Below are positions 27,374-37,229 of a stretch of 64,000 nucleotides of DNA, in pieces. The notes under the pieces are model-generated. The model was not told the origin of the DNA. It saw nothing but the letters and a program-made list of their open reading frames with translations, and searched no databases. Made by a program: the position numbers and the translations under genes. The DNA is from an uncultured bacterium (GTDB lineage: Bacteria; Armatimonadota; HRBIN16): the NCBI GenBank assembly GCA_964579145.1, contig CAZOGB010000002.1:592-64591 (forward strand), read 5' to 3'. The number at the start of each line of letters is the position of its first letter. Position 1 is the first letter of the stretch.

Positions 27374-28456
27374 GTGGAGGAAGCTCGCTGTCGTGCCCTG
27401 CTCAGACTGGCGTATCTCGAGCTTCCTCCCCGTCGTCTGCTGAGCCTGCTGGAGCACTTTGAGCGACCTGAAGCCATTTTGCACGCATCTCGCCACGAGC
27501 TGCTGCGCGTTGATGGTATGACCGAAGCCGCTGCGGCGCGCATCCTGAACGCTCCCGAGGTCCCCGAAGAGGTCTGGCAGAGGTGGAAGCAGAGCGATTC
27601 GCGACTTCTCACCTGGCGAGATGATGGCTATCCGCCTGCGCTGAGGGAGATTGAAGACTTTCCTCCCATCCTTTTCGTCCGGGGAAGCCTGCAGGAACGA
27701 GACCGCTTCGCGGTGGCCATTGTGGGCACACGCAAACCCACGGCGTACGGGCGACACGTGGCGGAACGCCTGGCGCGAGAACTGAGCCGATACGGATTGA
27801 CCATTATCAGCGGCGGCGCGAGGGGAATTGACACCTCTGCACACACCGGTGCACTGCGTGCGGGCGGGCGCACCATTGCTGTGCTGGGCTGTGGAATTGA
27901 TGTGGCGTATCCTCCCGAATCCGCCGGGCTGTTCAACCGCATCGCCACCCAGGGGGCGATTCTCTCCGAATATCCTCCCGGCGTTCCGCCCGACGCCTGG
28001 CGGTTTCCGGCGCGAAACCGCATCGTGAGTGCGCTGTCGCTGGGCGTACTGGTGGTGGAGGCTCCAAACGACAGTGGCGCGCTCATCACCGCAAACCATG
28101 CACTGGAGCAGGGCAAGCCGGTGTTTGCCGTACCCGGCAACATCGACACGGGGCAAAGTGCGGGCTGTCACCGGCTGATCAAAGAGGGAGCGACGCTGGT
28201 GGATAACGTGGAGGACATCGTGCGAGCGCTGGGCATCGCCCCGGAGCCACCCCCGGAACGCCCGGCGCAAACGCCTTCGCTGACGCCCGTCCAGCAAAAC
28301 GTTTTGCGCGCTCTCTCCCTGACGCCCAAGCATGTGGACACACTGGCGGAAGAGCTGAATCTGCCCGTTGCTCAGCTGAACGCCGAACTGCTGATGCTGG
28401 AGATGTATGGTCTGGTGCGTCGGCAACCGGGAAACACCTACGTTCGGGTACCATAA
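27374..28456 (+). CDS. dprA: DNA-processing protein DprA (Smf)
   Basis: Rossmann-like DprA core (AIVGTRKPTAYGRHVAERLARELSRYGLTIISGGARGIDTSAH...VVEAPNDSGALITA) with a C-terminal winged helix; GTG start. Confidence 0.8.
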   Translation: MEEARCRALLRLAYLELPPRRLLSLLEHFERPEAILHASRHELLRVDGMTEAAAARILNAPEVPEEVWQRWKQSDSRLLTWRDDGYPPALREIEDFPPILFVRGSLQERDRFAVAIVGTRKPTAYGRHVAERLARELSRYGLTIISGGARGIDTSAHTGALRAGGRTIAVLGCGIDVAYPPESAGLFNRIATQGAILSEYPPGVPPDAWRFPARNRIVSALSLGVLVVEAPNDSGALITANHALEQGKPVFAVPGNIDTGQSAGCHRLIKEGATLVDNVEDIVRALGIAPEPPPERPAQTPSLTPVQQNVLRALSLTPKHVDTLAEELNLPVAQLNAELLMLEMYGLVRRQPGNTYVRVP

Positions 28457-28461
28457 TAGCT

Positions 28462-29268
28462 GTGAAGACACTGGATATCAGCATTGCCGACATCGCCCTG
28501 AGGCTCGAATGCATGGAGGAATCGTTCCTGACCGACCTCGTGCAGGAGCGATACGGGGCGTTCTTGCTCGCACGCGCTGAACAGCCGCACATCCGTGTCC
28601 TTCTTCGACCGAAGCCCTCTCCGCCTACCCGGGCACGTATGGAGAGCGTGAAGGTTCGTCAGGCGGAGGGCGGCTGGCGGTTTGTGTATGATACCTTCGT
28701 GGCGGACGTCGCCCCGGAGGCGGATCGTGCGGAGGTGGACTGCCTGCGCAGTGTGTATGCCGTCGATTCTTTCCTTCGTACCCTGCTGGCTCTGTATCTG
28801 CCCCAACGTGATGGGGTGATGGTACACGCCTCCGCAGTGAGGCATGGACACTGGGGATATGTGTTCGCCGGGCGGTCGGGCGCAGGCAAGAGCACGGTGG
28901 CGCGGATACTGTCGGGCGAGACTGAGGTTCTCAGCGATGAGCTGGTCGCCCTGCGGCGCCTGTCAGGGGCATGGCACGTGTACGGCACACCTTTCTGGGG
29001 CGACTTCGCCCGCGCAGGCGTGAATCTCAACGCACCGCTACGCGCCATTTGCCTGCTTCAGCACGCCAGAGAGCCTCGTCTTGAAAGACTATCACGGCGC
29101 GATGCCCTGACCGGCGTTCTGCAATGCAGTTTGCAGTTCGCCGAGGGTCCGCAGGTTGCCGAATGGATGCTGAATGTGGTCTCTGCGCTGGTGCAGGATG
29201 TGGCGGTTTATCGCCTGTATTTCCCGCCCAGCATAGAGTTCTGGGGAGTGGTGCTGGAAGGAGTATAG
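28462..29268 (+). CDS. HPr-kinase C-terminal-domain-like P-loop kinase (HprK-related)
   Basis: Walker A FAGRSGAGKSTVARIL followed by SDELVAL, resembling the HprK/P C-domain; 5 nt after the dprA stop, so co-transcribed. Confidence 0.5.
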   Translation: MKTLDISIADIALRLECMEESFLTDLVQERYGAFLLARAEQPHIRVLLRPKPSPPTRARMESVKVRQAEGGWRFVYDTFVADVAPEADRAEVDCLRSVYAVDSFLRTLLALYLPQRDGVMVHASAVRHGHWGYVFAGRSGAGKSTVARILSGETEVLSDELVALRRLSGAWHVYGTPFWGDFARAGVNLNAPLRAICLLQHAREPRLERLSRRDALTGVLQCSLQFAEGPQVAEWMLNVVSALVQDVAVYRLYFPPSIEFWGVVLEGV

Positions 29269-29274
29269 ACAGGG

Positions 29275-29643
29275 TTACCCTGTGGACCGCCGCAGCTCGC
29301 CGCGGTGGGAGTTGCCCTCCCAGTAATCCACCAGCAGGTCATGTGCGATGTAGTAGTGCACCGAGTACACCGCCGGGCGACACTGGATCAGCCCCTTCGG
29401 TACGCTGTGGAAAAATGCTTCAGCAATGCGCTGAGCCTCCTCGTGGCAGATGGGTTCCCCATCCACCCGCGTGATAGAGAGATGGAGCAGGTCGTCCTCT
29501 CCTTCAAACTGCACCCGGAAGTCGCCGAGCGTTGTGCCATAGCGTTCCCTTCGGTCGAGCAGGATAGGTATTCCCGCCCGCGTGTCCTCAATAATCGCCT
29601 GCAAAATGCGGCGAACTTCCGGGTGCTCGTGCGTCAGCTCCAT
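29275..29643 (-). CDS. hypothetical protein (122 aa)
   Basis: Start trimmed to the ATG at 29643; 1-nt gap (TAAtATG) to the upstream small gene; no recognisable family. Confidence 0.4.
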   Translation of the reverse strand: MELTHEHPEVRRILQAIIEDTRAGIPILLDRRERYGTTLGDFRVQFEGEDDLLHLSITRVDGEPICHEEAQRIAEAFFHSVPKGLIQCRPAVYSVHYYIAHDLLVDYWEGNSHRGELRRSTG

Positions 29644-29644
29644 A

Positions 29645-29857
29645 TTACACCCCTGCACGTCTGCATCGGTCGGGCGCACAGCGGCAGTGTGCCACCCGTA
29701 CCGTGCCGTCCTGTGTCCATGTAACCAGCGGCTCGTCGAACGTGATAGGCTCCTCACATTGCTGGCAGATGAACAACCAGTTCACGTTCTCCTGTGTACC
29801 CGGCTGGGATGACCCTGCCTGCTTCAGCCGCTCCTTGCGCGTCGCCATCTCCGTCAT
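29645..29857 (-). CDS. hypothetical small Cys-rich protein (about 70 aa), possible zinc ribbon
   Basis: CQQCEEP...HCRCAPDRC spacing suggests a Zn ribbon; start set to the ATG at 29857, 10 nt after AAGGAGG; the track's TTG start at 29878 is embedded in that RBS. Confidence 0.35.
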   Translation of the reverse strand: MTEMATRKERLKQAGSSQPGTQENVNWLFICQQCEEPITFDEPLVTWTQDGTVRVAHCRCAPDRCRRAGV

Positions 29858-29965
29858 CGCATCCCAACCTCCTTTCAACGCGGCGTCATCGCGCTGGCAA
29901 AATGCTTAGACGGATGGCGCACCCTGCAGGTTTCACCGGAATCGGCAGTTTGTCATGCTTTCACC

Positions 29966-31150
29966 CTAAATACCGGGTACAGGCATTCCAAAGCGGTCGG
30001 TTGGATGGTCTGCCACGCGCAAACGCACCCGCCCCCGCTCGTTGCCCCGCTGGATGACCAGTGTGACTTCTGTGCCCGCAGGCAAGGAGGCGATCAGGTT
30101 CTTCAACTCGCCCGGTGAGGTCACTCGCTTGCCGTTACACTCGAGAATGATGTCTTCAATGTCCAACCCGGCGAGGTCGGCAGGACTGTTGCGGAACAGG
30201 TTGGCCACAACCACGCCCTGCACCGTGCCTTCGTCCAGCCGTGCGGGGATGATGCCCAGCCATCCACGCGACACCTTGCCGTAGCGAAGCAACTGCTCCA
30301 TCACGCGCCGGGCTTCATGGCTGGGGATGGCAAAGCCGATGCCCACGTTCCCGCCGCTCTGCGACAGAATGGCGGTATTAATGCCCACCAGCTCGCCGCG
30401 GATGTTCACCAGCGCACCGCCCGAGTTGCCCGGGTTGATGGCGGCATCCGTCTGGATGAAGTCTTCGTACACGGAGATGCCTACGTCTCGCCGTCCCTTT
30501 GCGCTGACGATGCCTGCCGTCACCGTCTGGCTCAGTCCATACGGGTTGCCAATGGCAAGCACCCACTCGCCGACCTCCAGCGCCCGCGAGTCGCCCCATT
30601 TGATAGCAGGCAGGTTGTTCGCGCGAACACGCAGGAGGGCAAGGTCGGTCGCGGGGTCGGTCCCCACTACCTGCACATCCGAAAACCTTCGTCCATCCGC
30701 CAGCGCTACCGAAATGCGGCTCGCGCCGGCAATCACGTGATTATTGGTGAGTATCAACCCGTCCCGGCTGACAATAACGCCCGAGCCCAGGCTGCGCACC
30801 ACGCGGTCAGGCTCCCGGAACGGAATGTCCTCATCGCCGAAGAAGTAGCGGAAGAGGGGGTCATCAAACAGTGGCGACCGCCTGCCCGGGATGATGGTCG
30901 CCGCGCTGATGTTCACTACCGACGGCGTTGCCACCTTCGCGACCGCAGCAAAGGCTTCAGACCTGGTCTTAAGCTGCGTGGACGCCTGCTCAAAGGTGAT
31001 TGGCGGCGGCTCTGGAACGCCCGAACCGGTGTGTGTTCTTACACCCAGCCACCATCCCACAAACAGCGCCAGGAGCACCATCGCCACCACCGCGACAGCA
31101 ACACGCCCCTCAACACGATGCATGGTCAGCGTTTTCTCCTGAACCTGCAT
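29966..31150 (-). CDS. htrA: Do/HtrA-family periplasmic serine endopeptidase with a PDZ domain
   Basis: Trypsin-like catalytic motifs (TNNHVI; GNSGGAL) plus a C-terminal PDZ domain; N-terminal TM anchor. Confidence 0.85.
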   Translation of the reverse strand: MQVQEKTLTMHRVEGRVAVAVVAMVLLALFVGWWLGVRTHTGSGVPEPPPITFEQASTQLKTRSEAFAAVAKVATPSVVNISAATIIPGRRSPLFDDPLFRYFFGDEDIPFREPDRVVRSLGSGVIVSRDGLILTNNHVIAGASRISVALADGRRFSDVQVVGTDPATDLALLRVRANNLPAIKWGDSRALEVGEWVLAIGNPYGLSQTVTAGIVSAKGRRDVGISVYEDFIQTDAAINPGNSGGALVNIRGELVGINTAILSQSGGNVGIGFAIPSHEARRVMEQLLRYGKVSRGWLGIIPARLDEGTVQGVVVANLFRNSPADLAGLDIEDIILECNGKRVTSPGELKNLIASLPAGTEVTLVIQRGNERGRVRLRVADHPTDRFGMPVPGI

Positions 31151-32507
31151 AGATGATTCCCTCCTCTGGGGTCGTTGGACGAACTGTTTGCCATTTCTGG
31201 ATGGGTACTTCGCCCACCACGTAGAAACTGCCTGTTACCACCACGAGGTCATCCGCCTGTGCCATGTTCATTGCCCGCTCCACCGCTTCGGGAACAGAGG
31301 GGATAATCTCGTACGGCGGCAGTGGCACGGTGGACGCTTCGGGCAGGTCGGGTGCAGGTCGCCTGCGCTGGTCGCTGGGCTGGGTGAAGATGATGTGCGA
31401 TGCCAGCGGCGCAAGAGTATCCACCACGCCCTGCGGCTCGTGTCCCCTCGTCATACCCAGCACCAATATCAGGCGGCGGTAAAGAAAGGTCTCGGGTATC
31501 GCCTGAGCCAGACACCGCACTGCGTCCACGTTGTGCGCGCCGTCCAGCAGAAGCGTTGGGGAGCGTCGAACTATCTGCATCCTGCCGGGCATCGTGGCGT
31601 GCTCCAGCCCGATTCGAATCGCGCTCTCCGGCACGTTCACTCGATGAGCATGTTGCAGTGCCTCGATGGCGGCGATGGCGACCGCCGCGTTGGAACACTG
31701 GTGTTTGCCTAGCAGGCGCAAGCTCAGATGACGATAAACCCTGTCGGTGGTGCGCACCGATACCTTCTGGCGCATACGATAGACGCCCTCGTTCTGCCAG
31801 TGCACGGTGCGTACAGGCGGCGGGATGACCATGCGCTCTGGTTTCACTTCAGTCAGCGGCACCCCGGCACGTTTAGCGTGTTCCCGAATCACCTCCAGAG
31901 GCTCCGGGTCGGTCACGCCCGTGACCACAGGCGCACAAGGCTTGATGATGCCCGCCTTCTCCGCTGCGATTTTCGCCAGCGTGTCTCCCAGCCGGTCCAT
32001 GTGGTCCCAGCCGATGGAGGTAATCACGCTCACCAGGGGGCGCACGACGTTGGTGGCATCCAGCCTCCCCCCCAGCCCAACTTCCACCACCGCAAAGTCC
32101 ACCCGCTGTTCGGCAAAGCAGGTAAGCCCCACCGCCGTTTTGAGCTCGAACTCCGTGACCTGCCCCAGCGGCGTCTGCGCCAGCTCTTCAATATGGGGCT
32201 TTATCCATGTCACCAGTCGCGCAAAGTCGGCTTCAGGAATCAGGTAACCGTTGACCTGAATGCGCTCGCGCAGGTTGAACACGTATGGCGAAAGGTACAG
32301 CCCCACTTTATAGCCCGCTGCCTGCAGAATGGTGGCGATAAAGGTGCTGGTGGAACCTTTGCCGTTCGTGCCGGCGACGTGAATGACGCGCAACTGGTGA
32401 TGCGGGTTGCCCAGACGCTCCAGCAATGCCTCGAACCGCTCATTACCGAGCTTGATGCCGAAGCGTTTCAAACCCTGCATGTACATGACGGCGCGTGTGT
32501 AGTCCAT
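31110..32507 (-). CDS. folC: bifunctional folylpolyglutamate synthase / dihydrofolate synthase
   Basis: Mur-ligase fold with HVAGTNGKGST P-loop and FolC-specific motifs; about 60-aa C-terminal extension. Confidence 0.85.
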   Translation of the reverse strand: MDYTRAVMYMQGLKRFGIKLGNERFEALLERLGNPHHQLRVIHVAGTNGKGSTSTFIATILQAAGYKVGLYLSPYVFNLRERIQVNGYLIPEADFARLVTWIKPHIEELAQTPLGQVTEFELKTAVGLTCFAEQRVDFAVVEVGLGGRLDATNVVRPLVSVITSIGWDHMDRLGDTLAKIAAEKAGIIKPCAPVVTGVTDPEPLEVIREHAKRAGVPLTEVKPERMVIPPPVRTVHWQNEGVYRMRQKVSVRTTDRVYRHLSLRLLGKHQCSNAAVAIAAIEALQHAHRVNVPESAIRIGLEHATMPGRMQIVRRSPTLLLDGAHNVDAVRCLAQAIPETFLYRRLILVLGMTRGHEPQGVVDTLAPLASHIIFTQPSDQRRRPAPDLPEASTVPLPPYEIIPSVPEAVERAMNMAQADDLVVVTGSFYVVGEVPIQKWQTVRPTTPEEGIIYAGSGENADHASC

Positions 32508-32532
32508 ATGCCCTTCCTGTTAACCTGTGATA

Positions 32533-33777
32533 TTATACCGCAGGCAGGTGGCGCACATCGCGACGTGCGGCAGTCATCGCTACGACCCCGGCGCATATCA
32601 TCGCGCCGGTCACCAGTGCCGTTGTTGCCGTCCAGTGAGAAGCAATCCATCCCATCAGCAGGTTGCCAAACGGCGCCAGCCCCATGAGCGCAAACACGTG
32701 CAGGGACATCGTGCGCCCGCGCAGATGCTCCGGGCTGAGCGACTGAAGCAGGGCGTTGATAGAACCCAGTGTGCTCACTGCCGAGCCGCCAATCAGCACC
32801 AGACAGAGCAGAGAGAGGGGATAACTGCGCGACAGCGCAAACAGCGTTAAGCCGGTACACAACCCCGTGGCAGCGGTGATGACCACTTTGCCTCTGGGCA
32901 CGGTACCCGCCACCTTCGCCAGTATTAGGGCTCCCGTCAACGCGCCAAAACCAGTTGCTGAAAACAGGTTGCCGAGCCCCTGCTTGCCGACCTGAAGCAC
33001 GTCACGGGCGAAAACGGGCATCAGCGTGGTGTACGACATGGCGAAAATACTCAGCGCGCAGTCCAGCAGGATTAACGACCGCAACAGCCCGTCCCGGTAC
33101 ACATAGGTTAAGCCTTCCTTCAATTCTGACCACACGGATAGTCTTTCCACCGGGGACTGAACGGACGATGCAGGTATCCGCCACAGCGCAAAGATGATGG
33201 CAACATAGCTGACCGCGTTGATGAAGAAACACCATCCCGCGTTCACCATCTCAATCAGCTTGCCCGCGATGGCAGGTCCCAGAATACGTGCGGTGTTGAA
33301 GGCCGCGGAGTTCATTGCCACCCCAACGGTCACAAACTGCTCCCCCACCAGGTCCATCACCATCGCCTGGCGGGCGGGCGCGTCGATGGCGGTGATGAAG
33401 CCGTTTAGCATAGCAATCAGCGCGATGTGCCAGAACGCCACCCGACCACTCAGTACGAGTATCGCCAGGATGAACGCATTTATCGCGAACAGGGATTGCG
33501 TAGTGAGAACCAGCCTGCGCTTTTCAAAGCGGTCGGCAACCACTCCGCCAAACAGGCTGAACAGCGTGGTCGGCAGCGACCCCACAAACCCTAGAAGCCC
33601 CAGAAGCATTTTACTGTTGGTGATTTCATAAACCACCCATCCCTGAGCGACCGTCTGCATCCAGCTGCCGAGAAAGGAGACGAACGCTCCAATCCAGTAG
33701 CTGCGATAGACCGTATTCTGCCACAACGCAATCGCGGAGGGGGCTGTGTGGCTTTCTGTGCTCTGCTGACGCTCCAT
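32533..33777 (-). CDS. MFS transporter (enterobactin-exporter EntS-like)
   Basis: 12-TM MFS topology; EntS-like family resemblance. Confidence 0.7.
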   Translation of the reverse strand: MERQQSTESHTAPSAIALWQNTVYRSYWIGAFVSFLGSWMQTVAQGWVVYEITNSKMLLGLLGFVGSLPTTLFSLFGGVVADRFEKRRLVLTTQSLFAINAFILAILVLSGRVAFWHIALIAMLNGFITAIDAPARQAMVMDLVGEQFVTVGVAMNSAAFNTARILGPAIAGKLIEMVNAGWCFFINAVSYVAIIFALWRIPASSVQSPVERLSVWSELKEGLTYVYRDGLLRSLILLDCALSIFAMSYTTLMPVFARDVLQVGKQGLGNLFSATGFGALTGALILAKVAGTVPRGKVVITAATGLCTGLTLFALSRSYPLSLLCLVLIGGSAVSTLGSINALLQSLSPEHLRGRTMSLHVFALMGLAPFGNLLMGWIASHWTATTALVTGAMICAGVVAMTAARRDVRHLPAV

Positions 33778-33942
33778 ACAGTCTTATTCTATCATGGAAC
33801 CCCACACTCGGCAATTCCATGCACGCCGGTGATTTTACACAGCTTGCATTTTGCCAACGGATGTGTTATTTTATTGATTAGAGTAACTGAATTAAACATC
33901 TGCTTCGCCTGCTCCGTTCCGCCTGCCGGGTGGAGGTAGTGG

Positions 33943-35148
33943 GTGCTGGAGGAAGTGTTTATGCCACAGTCGGAAGCGGTTTCAGAAAAGCGGTTTATTC
34001 TGCCCGCCGGGCAGTTTCAGCGGTTGTTTGACGCCCTGCATCAGGGCGGCTATCAGACCATTGCCCCTACCCTGTTGGACGACGCCATCGTGTACGAGAC
34101 GGTGGATTCGGTGAGTGACCTGCCCCTCGGTCTGACCGACGAACAGCGTGCGGGCGCATACAGAGTGAAACGCAACCCCGAGGGGCGAACTTTCTTTCGT
34201 TATGCAGTGGGTCCGCGTTCATGGAAGCACTATCTCTATCCACCCCGGCAGAGGCTCTGGCGGGCACAACGCAACGGCGATGGAGGCTTCCATGTGCTCG
34301 CCGAGCGGGAGGACGTGCCTCGCTATGCGTTCATCGGCGTACGCGCCTGCGAGCTCGCTGCCATCCAGATACAGGACAGGGTGTTTCTGAGCGAGCAGTA
34401 TCAGGACGAGCACTACCAGCGCAGGCGGGAGAACGCCCTGTTGATAGCCCTCAACTGCACCGCCCCGTCGGGAGTTTGCTTCTGCACCTCCCTGGGAACG
34501 GGACCGCGCGCCAAAGACGGCTTTGACCTTGCCCTCACCGAGGTCTTCGGCAATAATGAGCACTTCTTTCTGGTGGAGGTGGGAACGGAGAGCGGCGCTT
34601 CGCTGGTAGAAGATCTTGGCATGCCTCCAGCCACAGAACAACAGTGTCAGATGGCTGAGGCTCTGATAGCAAACGCCGAGCAACGGATACTGAAGCGTCT
34701 GGACATCTCCGACCTGAAGGAATTGCTCTACCGCAATCTGGACAGTCCACACTGGGAAGAGGTGGCGAGGCGATGCCTTACTTGTTCGAACTGCACGATG
34801 GTCTGCCCTACCTGTTTCTGCCACACGGTGGAAGATGTGACGAATTTGCAGGGCACGGTGGCCGAGCGATGGCGTCAGTGGGATTCCTGTTTCCACGTTG
34901 ACTTCTCGTATATTCACGGCAGCGCAGTGCGCATTTCAGAGGCATCGCGTTATCGGCAGTGGATTACCCACAAACTGGCATCCTGGCAGGACCAGTTCGG
35001 CGTGATAGGGTGTGTGGGATGTGGACGGTGCATCACCTGGTGCCCGGTGGGCATAGATATTACCGAGGAGGTGCGCGCCTTGCGACGTCGCGAGGGGAGC
35101 AGAGCCGCTCCAGCATCACCAAAGGAGGAGAACCATGCGAACGCTTGA
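33943..35148 (+). CDS. hydB: group 3b [NiFe]-hydrogenase beta subunit (HydB-like; 4Fe-4S dicluster protein)
   Basis: Two CxxCxxCxxxCP ferredoxin motifs ([12 protein letters not shown]; [12 protein letters not shown]) plus an N-terminal sulfhydrogenase-beta-like domain; first gene of the hyd operon; the start is either the GTG at 33943 or the ATG at 33961. Confidence 0.65.
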   Translation: MLEEVFMPQSEAVSEKRFILPAGQFQRLFDALHQGGYQTIAPTLLDDAIVYETVDSVSDLPLGLTDEQRAGAYRVKRNPEGRTFFRYAVGPRSWKHYLYPPRQRLWRAQRNGDGGFHVLAEREDVPRYAFIGVRACELAAIQIQDRVFLSEQYQDEHYQRRRENALLIALNCTAPSGVCFCTSLGTGPRAKDGFDLALTEVFGNNEHFFLVEVGTESGASLVEDLGMPPATEQQCQMAEALIANAEQRILKRLDISDLKELLYRNLDSPHWEEVARRCLTCSNCTMVCPTCFCHTVEDVTNLQGTVAERWRQWDSCFHVDFSYIHGSAVRISEASRYRQWITHKLASWQDQFGVIGCVGCGRCITWCPVGIDITEEVRALRRREGSRAAPASPKEENHANA

Positions 35149-35596
35149 GACCATCCTGGCAGAACATCCCTTCTTTGAGGGGTTGCCCGACAAGCACCTG
35201 AAAGTCATCGTGGGCTGTGCCTCCAATGTGAGCTTCGAGGAAGGCGAGACCATCTTCCGCGAGGGCGAAGAGGCGAATCGCTTCTACCTCATCCGACAGG
35301 GGCGGGTGGCGCTGCAGGTGTACGCAGCGGGCATTGGCACGATAACCATTCAGACGCTGGACGCAGGAGACATTTTGGGGTGGTCGTGGCTGGTGCCTCC
35401 CTATCGCTGGCACTTCGACGCGCGAGCGGTGGAACCGGTGCGAGCCATCGCACTGGACGGTGAGTGCTTGCGCCGCAAATGCGAGGAGGACCACGATCTG
35501 GGATATGAACTGCTGAAGCGGTTCGCGGAGATAATCACCCAGCGGCTTCAGGCTACTCGCCTGCAGTTACTGGATGTGTACGGTCTCAGAAGGTAG
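35135..35596 (+). CDS. cyclic-nucleotide-binding-domain protein (CAP/Crp effector domain only, no HTH)
   Basis: [48 protein letters not shown] is the cNMP-binding beta-roll signature; 153 aa; overlaps the hydB stop by 14 nt. Confidence 0.6.
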   Translation: MRTLETILAEHPFFEGLPDKHLKVIVGCASNVSFEEGETIFREGEEANRFYLIRQGRVALQVYAAGIGTITIQTLDAGDILGWSWLVPPYRWHFDARAVEPVRAIALDGECLRRKCEEDHDLGYELLKRFAEIITQRLQATRLQLLDVYGLRR

Positions 35597-35628
35597 CCTA
35601 TCAGGGAGGAGGACGATTTCCCAAAACG

Positions 35629-36444
35629 ATGATACCATGCCCTTTTCGCATACGGACAGTGCGCCGTGAAACGCAGGATACCTTCACGCTGGAGCTGGAG
35701 CCGGCGGGCGGTCCCGAACGATTCGCGTTCAAGCCCGGGCAGTTCAATATGCTGTATGTGTTTGGCGTGGGCGAGATACCCATCTCCATCAGCGGCGACC
35801 CCGCCGACCCCCGAGTGCTCATGCACACCACGCGCGAGGTGGGAACCGTCACCAAAGCGATGGGCAGGTTGAAGCGGGGCGATATTATCGGCGTGCGCGG
35901 ACCGTTCGGCACACCGTGGCCCGTGCAGGAGGCAGAGGGTGCAGATGTGGTGATTGTCGCTGGAGGCATCGGGCTGGCGCCTTTGCGCCCCGCACTCTAC
36001 CACGTGCTGGCACATCGCGACCGCTACGAGAAAGTCGTTCTGCTTTACGGCACGCGCACGCCAAGCGACATCCTGTACCGGCGCGAACTCCAACGATGGC
36101 GAGCACAGTTCGACCTCGAAGTGCACATCACTGTAGACCGTGCAATGAGCGGCTGGCGCGGCAATGTCGGGGTGGTGACCTCGCTGATACCACGTGCACC
36201 TTTTGACCCGCGCAGTGCGGTGGCGCTTGTCTGTGGTCCCGAAATCATGATGCGCTTTACCGTGCTGGAACTGCAGCGGCGAGGCGTTCCCCCCTCGCAG
36301 ATTTACATCTCGATGGAACGCAACATGAAGTGCGGTGTGGGCATCTGCGGGCACTGCCAGCTCGGTCACTGTTTTGTGTGCAAGGATGGTCCCGTGTTCC
36401 GCTACGACACGATACAGCATCTGTTTGAGAGGCGGGAGATATAG
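35629..36444 (+). CDS. hydG: group 3b [NiFe]-hydrogenase gamma subunit (FAD/NAD(P)-binding oxidoreductase, HydG-like)
   Basis: Ferredoxin-NADP-reductase-like fold (RPxS-like FKPGQF; GGIGLAPL) and a C-terminal 2Fe-2S Cys cluster ([17 protein letters not shown]). Confidence 0.7.
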   Translation: MIPCPFRIRTVRRETQDTFTLELEPAGGPERFAFKPGQFNMLYVFGVGEIPISISGDPADPRVLMHTTREVGTVTKAMGRLKRGDIIGVRGPFGTPWPVQEAEGADVVIVAGGIGLAPLRPALYHVLAHRDRYEKVVLLYGTRTPSDILYRRELQRWRAQFDLEVHITVDRAMSGWRGNVGVVTSLIPRAPFDPRSAVALVCGPEIMMRFTVLELQRRGVPPSQIYISMERNMKCGVGICGHCQLGHCFVCKDGPVFRYDTIQHLFERREI

Positions 36445-36446
36445 CC

Positions 36447-37229
36447 ATGGCGCGTGCAATCAAGCCAAAGCTGGCGGTCTGGAAGTTTGCTTCATGCGAC
36501 GGGTGTCAGCTCAGCCTGCTGGACTGTGAGGAAGAACTGCTGGAGGTCGCTGGCGCAATAGAGATTGCCTACTTTCCCGAAGCGAGCCGGGCGGTAGTGC
36601 GGGGACCCTACGACATCTCGCTGGTGGAAGGTTCCATCACCACTCCACACGATGCCGAGCGCATCCACCAGGTGCGCCGGGCGTCGCGTTTTCTGGTCAC
36701 TATCGGTGCGTGTGCGACTGCCGGGGGCATTCAGGCACTGCGCAATTTTAAGGATGTTCAGGAGTTCATCCGGGCGGTGTATGCGTCTCCGCAATACATC
36801 GAAACCCTGAGCAAATCCACCCCCATCCGCGACCATGTGTTTGTGGATTACGAGCTTCGGGGTTGCCCTATTAACAAATATCAACTGCTGGAAGTCATCA
36901 ACGCTTATCTCAACGGGCGCAAGCCGAACATCGCTCCACACAGCGTGTGCACGGAGTGCAAGCGGCGTGGCATTGTGTGTGTGATGGTGGCGAACGGCAC
37001 GCCCTGCCTTGGACCCGTCACCCATGCGGGATGCGGCGCCATCTGCCCTTCTTATCGGCGCGGATGCTACGGGTGCTTTGGTCCCAAGGAAACGCCCAAC
37101 CCCGCTGCGCTGAGCAAGCGTTGGAAGCAGCTCGGCGTGAAAGAGGATAACCTGGTGCGCGCCTATCGCAGTTTCAACGCCTATTCGGAAGCCTTCCGAC
37201 GAGAGAGTGAAAGCCATGAAAGGTCATAA
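36447..37229 (+). CDS. hydD: [NiFe]-hydrogenase small (delta) subunit, group 3
   Basis: [26 protein letters not shown] is the Nuo20k/hydrogenase small-subunit proximal-cluster motif; 260 aa. Confidence 0.8.
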   Translation: MARAIKPKLAVWKFASCDGCQLSLLDCEEELLEVAGAIEIAYFPEASRAVVRGPYDISLVEGSITTPHDAERIHQVRRASRFLVTIGACATAGGIQALRNFKDVQEFIRAVYASPQYIETLSKSTPIRDHVFVDYELRGCPINKYQLLEVINAYLNGRKPNIAPHSVCTECKRRGIVCVMVANGTPCLGPVTHAGCGAICPSYRRGCYGCFGPKETPNPAALSKRWKQLGVKEDNLVRAYRSFNAYSEAFRRESESHERS

